Virus record (IMG/VR): IMGVR_UViG_2859725622_000004
Location: 23,370-87,369 of that record
DNA length: 64,000 bases
Origin: a virus
Taxonomy: Duplodnaviria > Caudoviricetes
Reading direction: 5' to 3' (one strand)
Notes under the pieces: model-generated
Told to the model about the DNA's origin: nothing
Seen by the model: the letters and a program-made list of their open reading frames with translations, nothing else
The model's database searches: none
In this document: in pieces, positions 16,246 to 24,423 of the stretch
Layout of the letters: each line of letters starts with the position of its first letter
Numbering within the stretch: the stretch's first letter is position 1
Position numbers and translations under genes: made by a program

Positions 16246-16290
16246 TGGTACGCCCTACAGGATTCGAACCTGTGACCTACGGCTTAGAAG
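16246..16290 (-). tRNA. 3' 45 nt of tRNA-Arg(UCU), argU-like; attachment-site copy, not an intact gene
   Basis: Minus strand CTTCTAAGCCGTAGGTCACAGGTTCGAATCCTGTAGGGCGTACCA; D arm and 5' acceptor strand absent. Confidence 0.9.
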
Positions 16291-16344
16291 AACGTCGTAG
16301 TGCATATAACCCATTGTAAATACTGGCCTAATTTGCATTCACAA

Positions 16345-16416
16345 GCGACATTATGGCTAATAGTGACATACCAGTGACACTTCTTCGGCACTATAGATGC
16401 GTCACTAATATGTCAC
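16345..16416. promoter_or_regulatory. Probable integrase arm-type sites of the right prophage
   Basis: Several GTGACA/TGTCAC-like repeats; GTCACTAATATGTCAC (16401-16416) matches GTCACTAATCTGGCAC (63959-63974) at 14/16. Confidence 0.55.
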
Positions 16417-16577
16417 CCCACCTCGATAGGCATCCCTAGAAAACCACACAAACAATCAATCATGCTAAAAATAATCTCATAGTATTCCTAGCTTAATGGC
16501 TAGAAAATCATAACTATTCAAGTAATTTTAAAGTAAAATGCCGGAAATATTTACACTCAAATCTTGCGTTAGGATGA

Positions 16578-18413
16578 ATGTTTGCCATGTCTTATAAAGT
16601 ATTCAGGTATGATATCAATGCGCTAAGGGCAATAGCAGTAATTAGCGTTGTATTGTTCCATTTTTCATTTACTTACGTGAGGGGCGGATTTACAGGGGTA
16701 GATGTTTTTTTTGTCATATCTGGCTTTTTGATGACAGGAATAGTTCTAGATAAAATAGATAAAAAAGAAATAATTTCATTCTACATATCAAGGTTTCAAA
16801 GAATAGTTCCTGCTTTGCTTGTTGTAATTGCTTCTCTAATGATTTTTGGATATCTAACTCTTGGTTCTGATGGGTACAGAACGCTGTCTAAGAATGCATT
16901 ATCATCAATTTTTTTCTTTTCAAATTACTACTACTCATATAATTCAGGGTATTTTGATCAATCATCTGATTCGAATTATTTGCTTCATACGTGGTCACTT
17001 TCAGTAGAATGGCAATTTTATTTATTGTACCCATTAATTATTTTTTTATCTAAAAAAGTTCGATTATCTCTTATTGGATTCATTTCTTTAATAACAATAA
17101 TTTCTTTGTTATTTTGTTTATTTAAGTTATCAGCAACACAAGAGCAATCATTTTATAGCCTAGTAACCAGAGCTTGGGAGATGCTATCAGGTGGTATTGC
17201 ATATGTCTTACAAAAACGAATACAAAAAATACATTATAATAAATTACTTAGTTATATCGGATTTGCTGTAGTTGTCATTTCAACTATGAAGATAACAAGC
17301 GCAGAATACTGGCCGAGTGCATATACATTAATCCCAGTATGTGGCGCAATCTTGATTTTGCTTTCAAATAACAATAGCTCAATTTTAATAACTAACCCGC
17401 TGCTTCAGTGGTTAGGAAGAATATCTTATTCTTTATATCTATGGCATTGGCCGGTTATAGTTGTAATGCATGGCTATGGCATTGAGTTTAATTTATTAAA
17501 TTCTACGCTTGGTATTTTCGCATCTATAATTTTAGCTCAAATATCATATTCAATTATAGAGTCTAAATTCAACAAAAAACAAAACTTACAATTCAATGTA
17601 ATTTGCTTTTCCATTGTGTCATTTATGGTTGTAGCTGTTTACCTCACAGATGGTGCTAAGTTTAGATTTTCAAAAACGCTTAGTGAGATTGCAGAATACA
17701 AAAATGATATGTCATCATGGAGGGGTGGGGAATGTTTCTTATCTCCAGAGCAAGATTACAATACATTTAAAAAGTGCAAAGACGAGATGAAATCAAGTTC
17801 TATTGTTATATGGGGTGATTCTCATGCAGCACAGATGATGCCTGGATTAAACAAGTATTTTGTGGGTGAAAATATAACTCAGCGCACCGCTAGTCTTTGT
17901 CCTCCATTAATAGGTCAGCCAACATTAGACAGACCGTTTTGTCAGGGTATTAACAAATATATAATATCTGAAATTGAGAAAAATAAACCTGAGATTGTAA
18001 TACTATCAGCCTTGTGGTCTCAGTATGATGTAAGTACGTATCTTCCAGAAACCTTGAATTTTTTGAAAAGTGCTGGAGTGAAAAAGGTTATAATTATTGG
18101 GTCGGTGCCATTCTGGTCAGAACCTATACCAAGCTTAATCGAAAAAAATAAAATGAATAGTAGTGGTTATATTTCAAAGGAATTATTAGACAATATTCAC
18201 ACCACTAAAGGCAGTGATGAAGTAATAATTCAAAGTTTAAAAGGATTTAATGATGTTAAGTTTGTATCCGCTGTGGATGTTATTTGTGGGTTTTCAACCT
18301 GCAAAGCAATTGTTAATGCTGGGAAAGATGCTCCATTCCAGTTTGATAATGCACACATGACAACAGAAGGATCTATTTGGTTAATTGATAAGATTAAAAA
18401 TAACATCAGGTAA
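16578..18413 (+). CDS. Acyltransferase-3 + SGNH fusion (OafA-like surface polysaccharide O-acetyltransferase)
   Basis: RYDINALRAIA, GGFTGVDVFFVISGFLM, HTWSLSVEWQFY, C-terminal GDSHA and DNAH; AT-rich. Confidence 0.92.
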   Translation: MFAMSYKVFRYDINALRAIAVISVVLFHFSFTYVRGGFTGVDVFFVISGFLMTGIVLDKIDKKEIISFYISRFQRIVPALLVVIASLMIFGYLTLGSDGYRTLSKNALSSIFFFSNYYYSYNSGYFDQSSDSNYLLHTWSLSVEWQFYLLYPLIIFLSKKVRLSLIGFISLITIISLLFCLFKLSATQEQSFYSLVTRAWEMLSGGIAYVLQKRIQKIHYNKLLSYIGFAVVVISTMKITSAEYWPSAYTLIPVCGAILILLSNNNSSILITNPLLQWLGRISYSLYLWHWPVIVVMHGYGIEFNLLNSTLGIFASIILAQISYSIIESKFNKKQNLQFNVICFSIVSFMVVAVYLTDGAKFRFSKTLSEIAEYKNDMSSWRGGECFLSPEQDYNTFKKCKDEMKSSSIVIWGDSHAAQMMPGLNKYFVGENITQRTASLCPPLIGQPTLDRPFCQGINKYIISEIEKNKPEIVILSALWSQYDVSTYLPETLNFLKSAGVKKVIIIGSVPFWSEPIPSLIEKNKMNSSGYISKELLDNIHTTKGSDEVIIQSLKGFNDVKFVSAVDVICGFSTCKAIVNAGKDAPFQFDNAHMTTEGSIWLIDKIKNNIR

Positions 18414-18469
18414 AGTGACTATTTATATTTCTGGAGGGGTATATAACCCCTCCAATGTGTTTATTCTAT

Positions 18470-20512
18470 TTAAACCGCCGTCCATATCCCATGCCATACT
18501 ATTTGAGCACCTATAGTGGTATCAAAGTAACTATCCCCATAAAGTGCGTTTATTGGTCGCTGAGCAGTTGTTCCACTTTGTGGTGCTGGTCGCTCAAAAC
18601 CAACTGATGATGTTCCAGATTTTGAGTATCGTTCATCATATAAAAGGTATGGTACTGAAGTATTTGATTGGAAAAATAACGCCCCAACATCGCCATTTGT
18701 CAATCCGATTGGTTTCGCAATAGTCGTAGATGTTTTGTTAATTTCAAGTTTAGATATTTTTGAATTAACCACCTGGACGTAACTATTTAATGAATCACTA
18801 ACAACAGATCCAATTCTTATTTTATCAACTAATATAACTCCGGAACCTTCTACTCTTATAAGGTTCCCATATGCTCCAGATTCAGGACGTGAATTAATCC
18901 TTTTGAACTTATCAACGTTTAGCTCAACGCCTCCCTTTGGGTTTGGCATGTATACTGTTGTGCTATTTGAACAGTTATTTTCAGATATCAATCCAATATT
19001 TAGTAATGTTCTTGATCCTACAAATGTTATTGTTGGCCTGTTTTGACCATCAACATCTTCTTGTTTTCTAAAAACCTTACCAATTGTAATATCACTAAAA
19101 AGTGAAGAATTATTATTAGTGGTACTAATATGAACCATGCCAAATGTTGCACCAGAATAAGGTCGTGTTTTAAAGTTACAATTTATAGATCCTATGTTTA
19201 TGTTTTCATAATGAGATCCAGAACCAAGCCCATAGTCATCAGCAACTAATGCGTATGCTGACACGTCACCAGAAATGCTATTTATGTTAACGTTGCGGAT
19301 TGAAACATTAGCAGAAAGTAACCTGACCCCGTTTCTTGTTGAACCTTTTAGAATTATCTGGTCAACACATACGTCTTGGATTGGGCCAGTTACGTGCGCA
19401 GGAGTAAATACCCCTCCAAAATTTCCATCATCTGCATTTAACGCTAACGCATCATCATCTGAGTTATTGGCAATAATTGAACCAGCCTTAAACCCTAATG
19501 TGTACCCGTTAACATGCCAACCATCTTTGTTTGTAGATGGAATATCCACATCATTTTCTATAATTGATTTCTCAATATCGACATTTATACAATTGCAAAC
19601 TAATGCATTAAATCTACGGGAATTTCTAAACGTTGTAACACCTTGGAAATTTAATCCATTGACACCAACAAAAGTCATTCCGATTTGCCATTCTCCGGTT
19701 GATGTGGTGTCAGCCTGGTTAATGCCATTAAAATCAAAAGTCCCACCAAATATTGTGATATTTTTATCAATCGGTGTTGAGCCAGCAAAAACTATATTCT
19801 TATTAGAAAATAATGGGACATTTGAGTTATCTTTAAGTTTAAGAGTGACATTAGGCATTATGATGGTTGTATTACTCCCAATCTTAAGGCCGCCAACAGT
19901 TATATTTGGAGTTTTTATTACAACTGGTACTTGTGCTGAACTAGCGTCATCTAATGCCGACTGTAACAGCTCAGTTGCATTGATAGATGTAAGGTCTCCA
20001 TAGTCTTCAGCTTGAATAAATCCTCTTCCCCACAATAATTGCAATTCACTATGTACGGTTCCAACTCTTCCGTTGATTGACGATCCTACTAAAGCATCTC
20101 CCTCTCCATCCGCATTGCTGGATAAATTACCTCTTAATGCAGCATCACCGACACTCAACCACGCACCAATCCCAATACCACCAGATGTTTCAGGAGTAGA
20201 CGCTGCCGGGACAACTTTAGGGAATGACCCGTCCCAGCGGTAATACTCACCATTACTTTCCCAGCGCAGTACTTGGCTGGAGTTATCTAGCGTAGCCCCG
20301 TCCTCAAACGAATCCATAGTAACAAAGCCAAATGCTTTAATGGCCTTTTCAATAATATCCCTCATCCCCTCAATAGTTAAATGTTCTCTTCCAAGTCGAT
20401 CTGTGTATTTAAGTAAAAATGAGGTAACGAATTCGTCTATCTTTCCTGCGTTAAACTTTAAATCAACAGCAGCTTCGCTCGGTACAGGATTTTGCGTAGG
20501 TGTAGTAGTCAT
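18470..20512 (-). CDS. Tailspike/depolymerase with beta-helix-like body
   Basis: N-terminal PTQNPVPSE..DLKFNAGKIDEFVTS anchor; LQSALD, SDDDALALN pectate-lyase-like motifs; last gene of tail operon. Confidence 0.88.
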   Translation of the reverse strand: MTTTPTQNPVPSEAAVDLKFNAGKIDEFVTSFLLKYTDRLGREHLTIEGMRDIIEKAIKAFGFVTMDSFEDGATLDNSSQVLRWESNGEYYRWDGSFPKVVPAASTPETSGGIGIGAWLSVGDAALRGNLSSNADGEGDALVGSSINGRVGTVHSELQLLWGRGFIQAEDYGDLTSINATELLQSALDDASSAQVPVVIKTPNITVGGLKIGSNTTIIMPNVTLKLKDNSNVPLFSNKNIVFAGSTPIDKNITIFGGTFDFNGINQADTTSTGEWQIGMTFVGVNGLNFQGVTTFRNSRRFNALVCNCINVDIEKSIIENDVDIPSTNKDGWHVNGYTLGFKAGSIIANNSDDDALALNADDGNFGGVFTPAHVTGPIQDVCVDQIILKGSTRNGVRLLSANVSIRNVNINSISGDVSAYALVADDYGLGSGSHYENINIGSINCNFKTRPYSGATFGMVHISTTNNNSSLFSDITIGKVFRKQEDVDGQNRPTITFVGSRTLLNIGLISENNCSNSTTVYMPNPKGGVELNVDKFKRINSRPESGAYGNLIRVEGSGVILVDKIRIGSVVSDSLNSYVQVVNSKISKLEINKTSTTIAKPIGLTNGDVGALFFQSNTSVPYLLYDERYSKSGTSSVGFERPAPQSGTTAQRPINALYGDSYFDTTIGAQIVWHGIWTAV

Positions 20513-20569
20513 ATTTTTTCCATAAAAAACCCAGCACATTGGCTGGGTATTATTGGTTAATGATGCTAA

Positions 20570-23065
20570 TTATGAGATTACATAATCATGTATCTTGTCG
20601 CTATACTCGGCTAGCGTTAAGGATGTTGTCCCGTCGGTGTTTGGTGTCTTATCTGTTATTGTCCACTTCGTTAATTCTATTTCAGACTCAGCAGCAATAA
20701 AAAATCGCGAAGATGATTGAGTTTCATATCCATCCCATATATTTAAACTTACTTCTGGAATTTCAGCAGTAAACCCAAAGTCGGTATCCTCTCTTTTATG
20801 TGCAAGATACTTTCCTGTTGGGTATCCCATGCTATCTGTTATTACGACGAATAATGGACTTGAAGAAAATTCTATTCTTTCATTGGTGTCAAAATCATTA
20901 CCTTCGCGCTGTACGATATAACCTTGCTGGTGAAGCTCATCGTACATATCAGGAACCTGAACCATATCCCCAAGATTTACCCACTCGCCGTCAGACATCA
21001 CAGTTGCTGTCATCGACATCCTTGAGTAGATTAACCGCCTCGCCTCCTTATTGGCCCTGTCTAAAGCCTGAAACCGATTCCTGACATACAATATATCAAT
21101 CTGCTTCCCTTTAACTGGAGTTCCTTCCGTGACAACGCCATCCACTATCTTCATACGGACAAAATCTTGTTTATTCGTTGTCGGGTTCCGATACTTAACA
21201 ACAACACCGTCATAAGTCCCTGGTAGTGATATATCGTAACTAAGCGAATAGTTATCTGGCTTCATGTTCGATGTGGTGAACACTGTCGCCGGGTAAATCT
21301 TTTTCTCATCACGTGTAAATGATAGAACGCCACTATTTCCATAGGCCGTCACCGTAGCCGCATCGCAGATTATTTTTATGCGCTCACCAAGCGATGCATC
21401 CTCATCATCAAATGTGAAGTCAAAATAGCCCAGCCTTGGATCCGATAGAGAATCAGATATCTCATACAGTCCATCTATATCAATTGATGATGGATCCTGA
21501 CTGCCTACGACTATCCAGTTATGAAGAACTATGTCAGCAAAGCTGCGACTCGCAGACTCTACATAATTAATAGTTTTTGTTGTTCGGTTATAAGAGATAA
21601 CGTGGCGATAGATCATCGCATTGAATTTTAGCTGCCTGGATTGGGTTGCGTTTTTCGTCCCCCGTATTTTGATTGTTATGATTGTATCTTCTGGATAGAT
21701 AACGTTATTTCTGATGTTTATCCCTTGGATTGATTCAACTATTAATCTATTTGAATCTGAGCTGTTATCTGGTCGCTGAAACTTAATTGCGTACCGACCA
21801 ATCCCGGCAGCAGGGGTGATTTTAACCGTCTTGTATATACTATCGCTCTTGCCTGTTGAATTTGATAGTGTTGATTGCATGGCACCTTCAGTGCCGGGGA
21901 TTTGCACATTATCATCATCGACCTTAACCCAATTTATATTTACGTTGGCAGAGGAATCATTACCAAGGTCAGCTTTTAAGTTAACCCAAAGCTGTGATGA
22001 GGCTATTGGCGAATACATCGGCCCTACAATCAGCGCTTCATTATCATTTATTGTGAAAAGTGTTGTATTAACTACTGTTGTTGCAGGTAACTGATCATAA
22101 TCAGAACCACCTAATCCTGAAAATGTGAAAACATAGTAATAAATTGGAGAGATGACAGCCCCATTATCGGTTGTCTGCGCCCCGGTAAGGTTAGCGCTTA
22201 ATGTCACGTTTCTGGTTGTACTTCCTGATGCTGTGGGATAGGTTACGTTCAAAATCACAGTTACAGCATGCGGCTTTTCTAAATCATAAAAGTAATCAAA
22301 ATCGCTATTCTTGACGATCTTAACTACAGCTTCATTTCCTGCAATACTGCCTGAAACAATTGTATTGGTGGTTGCTGTTTCTGCTGGGAAATCTGATGAT
22401 TCGTTAGCACCGGGTATTTCCTGCCCATCAACATCATCAAAAAGTATCGGTTCAATGATTTGTGGGATTGTTTCACCTGGTTGGTAAATTTGGTAAGACG
22501 AACCAGGCATTGAACCAATATTTGATTCTGAATACCTGATAGATGAAATTGTGTATTTCCCTAATCCGAAGTTCATCCATTGAGTAACGTACTGGTCATT
22601 ACTGATATATTCAGTAAGCCCGGACTGAATAAGGTCAGGGAACGATCTGATTAGTCCAAAACTATCCGGCCTTGCCTCTCCGTTTCTTGCGGTATTCGTT
22701 TGAGCCTTAATGCTGTTGTTTGTTGACGTTTTTGAATTTACATCAGCAGCAAATGAAGCTGACGGGGTTTTAATTAAGAATCCGAGGATTTTCTTGGTAA
22801 ATTTTATCGGGTTGAAGTGCTCCAAGGGGTTTAACAGCGTCTTGAAAAGCCCCCCTTTCGGTTGGTCAATGATGGTTAATACGTCATGCTCACCAAGCGG
22901 ATATGAAACATCAAAGTCATCATCGAGGATCACGCCGTTCAGCAAAAAATAGGCATCATGGAATAGGTTTACTTTATCAATCACTGACTGGATGCTATCA
23001 CCAGCATTAGCAGATATGGTTTTGTTAGGCACGCCGGGTATTGCCGTAATTTTAACTTTCGGCAT
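20570..23065 (-). CDS. Host-specificity/central tail tip protein (TipJ-like)
   Basis: 832 aa, after NlpC/P60 gene; ARNGEARPDSFG..SFPDLI motif. Confidence 0.8.
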   Translation of the reverse strand: MPKVKITAIPGVPNKTISANAGDSIQSVIDKVNLFHDAYFLLNGVILDDDFDVSYPLGEHDVLTIIDQPKGGLFKTLLNPLEHFNPIKFTKKILGFLIKTPSASFAADVNSKTSTNNSIKAQTNTARNGEARPDSFGLIRSFPDLIQSGLTEYISNDQYVTQWMNFGLGKYTISSIRYSESNIGSMPGSSYQIYQPGETIPQIIEPILFDDVDGQEIPGANESSDFPAETATTNTIVSGSIAGNEAVVKIVKNSDFDYFYDLEKPHAVTVILNVTYPTASGSTTRNVTLSANLTGAQTTDNGAVISPIYYYVFTFSGLGGSDYDQLPATTVVNTTLFTINDNEALIVGPMYSPIASSQLWVNLKADLGNDSSANVNINWVKVDDDNVQIPGTEGAMQSTLSNSTGKSDSIYKTVKITPAAGIGRYAIKFQRPDNSSDSNRLIVESIQGINIRNNVIYPEDTIITIKIRGTKNATQSRQLKFNAMIYRHVISYNRTTKTINYVESASRSFADIVLHNWIVVGSQDPSSIDIDGLYEISDSLSDPRLGYFDFTFDDEDASLGERIKIICDAATVTAYGNSGVLSFTRDEKKIYPATVFTTSNMKPDNYSLSYDISLPGTYDGVVVKYRNPTTNKQDFVRMKIVDGVVTEGTPVKGKQIDILYVRNRFQALDRANKEARRLIYSRMSMTATVMSDGEWVNLGDMVQVPDMYDELHQQGYIVQREGNDFDTNERIEFSSSPLFVVITDSMGYPTGKYLAHKREDTDFGFTAEIPEVSLNIWDGYETQSSSRFFIAAESEIELTKWTITDKTPNTDGTTSLTLAEYSDKIHDYVIS

Positions 23066-23444
23066 ATTGATAAAACTCCAATTTAGTATAAACCCGCTCA
23101 AAGACAGTCAGCCTGTCAAGTCGCGTAGCACTTGACTCACCACGACTATGAAGCACCCTATTACCGATAAGAATACCAACGTGAACCGGCTGGTTACCGT
23201 AATAGGCAACAACCATCCCATTATCTACCGCAGAATTTGCAAGCCCCCATTGCTTAATGACAATTGAGAAGCACTGGCCAAATTCAGAATTATTTAGATA
23301 GTCATCAATAATAGGGATATCTATATTCATAACGTGCTTGTAATAAAGGACGACCAAGCCCCAGCAATCACATTCCTCAAACGTGTAGGCACGGTTAACC
23401 CACGGAACGCCAATCATCCGTTTAATAAAGTCTGATTTATTCAC
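23052..23444 (-). CDS. NlpC/P60-family tail assembly protein
   Basis: IGVPW...DCWGLV...HVGI...VLH. Confidence 0.8.
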   Translation of the reverse strand: MNKSDFIKRMIGVPWVNRAYTFEECDCWGLVVLYYKHVMNIDIPIIDDYLNNSEFGQCFSIVIKQWGLANSAVDNGMVVAYYGNQPVHVGILIGNRVLHSRGESSATRLDRLTVFERVYTKLEFYQYAES

Positions 23445-23479
23445 GTTATTCTCATTAGCCGATAAGAAAGGTCGAGTGA

Positions 23480-23950
23480 TTAGATGTTAATTAGCCCTGG
23501 GAAATCAGTTGTGTTGTAAAGCTTTCCGACATTGTTAACCATCGGATTTTTAAGCGCGATGGTCGCCGTTACGTCATTTTCATCCATGGATATATCTTTA
23601 ACAAACAGTGACCAGGTACTAATTGCCACTGTCATGTCGATAGAATCCCATTTTTGATATACAGCCGTAATGGGGATCATCCGTTGTGCTCCTGTCCATC
23701 CCTTAAGTCCTTGCTTTATGTCTTGAGCCACACGACTCAGCTTCACTGCACACTGGATGATAGGGATGTCGCTTTGTTCGCTTTCAGATACTTCCATCCG
23801 GCAGGGTGAATAGACTTCCCCTCCGAGCGTTTTTTGAAATACCTGATCAGCGACGAGGCGAACCTGTTCGAATACCGGATGTGTAAACTTAAGCGTTATA
23901 TACATCACCCGGTTAGGTCGATGAGAAAGGTACTCTCTTAGTCCTGGCAT
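23480..23950 (-). CDS. Minor tail protein (DUF1833-like)
   Basis: Position and ends in YNTTDFPGL. Confidence 0.7.
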   Translation of the reverse strand: MPGLREYLSHRPNRVMYITLKFTHPVFEQVRLVADQVFQKTLGGEVYSPCRMEVSESEQSDIPIIQCAVKLSRVAQDIKQGLKGWTGAQRMIPITAVYQKWDSIDMTVAISTWSLFVKDISMDENDVTATIALKNPMVNNVGKLYNTTDFPGLINI

Positions 23951-24423
23951 TATTCGCTCCGGGGTAATGTTTCTGTAACGATGACATCCAGCCAGCTCCC
24001 CCATGGGGCTGGAAGCTCGATAATTACGTCATCAAGGTCATCATCAGCACTGATTATCTGCTTGGCCACTACATTTCCAGTCCACGTAAAAATACTGCCG
24101 CTCTGGTTAAACTGTGGGTAGCTAGTGAAGTGCAATACTTGCTCTTCAACTCCTGAATCACCAGTACCGGTAGAAACTTTTAGCCGAAACCAGCGATTAC
24201 AGTTATCAAGGTAATTAGGGCTTCTTAGCCACTGGTAAAAAGCCCTGTGCTGAGCAGTAGTGCAGATAAACGTAACCGAAAACGACGCTTTTAAATCATC
24301 GGTCAATTTCTGGAAGATTGGCGCGCCAACCGTGGGCTGGTCTGTCCTGAACCCTGTATCTTTGGTTATGTTCTTACCAGATTTTTGCGCAAGTGGAAGC
24401 CAGTCAGGATATTCGATAATCAT
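23950..24423 (-). CDS. Distal-tail-like minor tail protein
   Basis: Immediately after tape measure; YPDWLPLAQK start. Confidence 0.7.
   Translation of the reverse strand: MIIEYPDWLPLAQKSGKNITKDTGFRTDQPTVGAPIFQKLTDDLKASFSVTFICTTAQHRAFYQWLRSPNYLDNCNRWFRLKVSTGTGDSGVEEQVLHFTSYPQFNQSGSIFTWTGNVVAKQIISADDDLDDVIIELPAPWGSWLDVIVTETLPRSE

Larger units (their letters stand above)
1..16262 (-). mobile_element. P4/PICI-like integrative element carrying its own Q and lysis genes; left end outside window
   Basis: P4-type integrase next to a tRNA 3' end, AlpA, Icd-like, primase-helicase, then Q, holin, endolysin and spanin, all co-oriented on minus; no second att copy seen in 1-16245. Confidence 0.8.

Noticed and set aside
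16246-16290. Intact tRNA-Arg gene
   Set aside because: Only anticodon loop to CCA is present; sequence beyond 16290 does not form a D arm or 5' acceptor strand, so it is an att duplication.
19275-20003. 242-aa plus-strand ORF
   Set aside because: Entirely antisense to the tailspike, no recognisable motif or SD; shadow frame. The same applies to the many plus-strand ORFs over the tape measure, primase and head genes.
18470-23065. Diversity-generating retroelement or invertible tail-fibre system
   Set aside because: No reverse transcriptase, no template/variable repeat pair, no invertase or inverted crossover sites seen near the tail genes.
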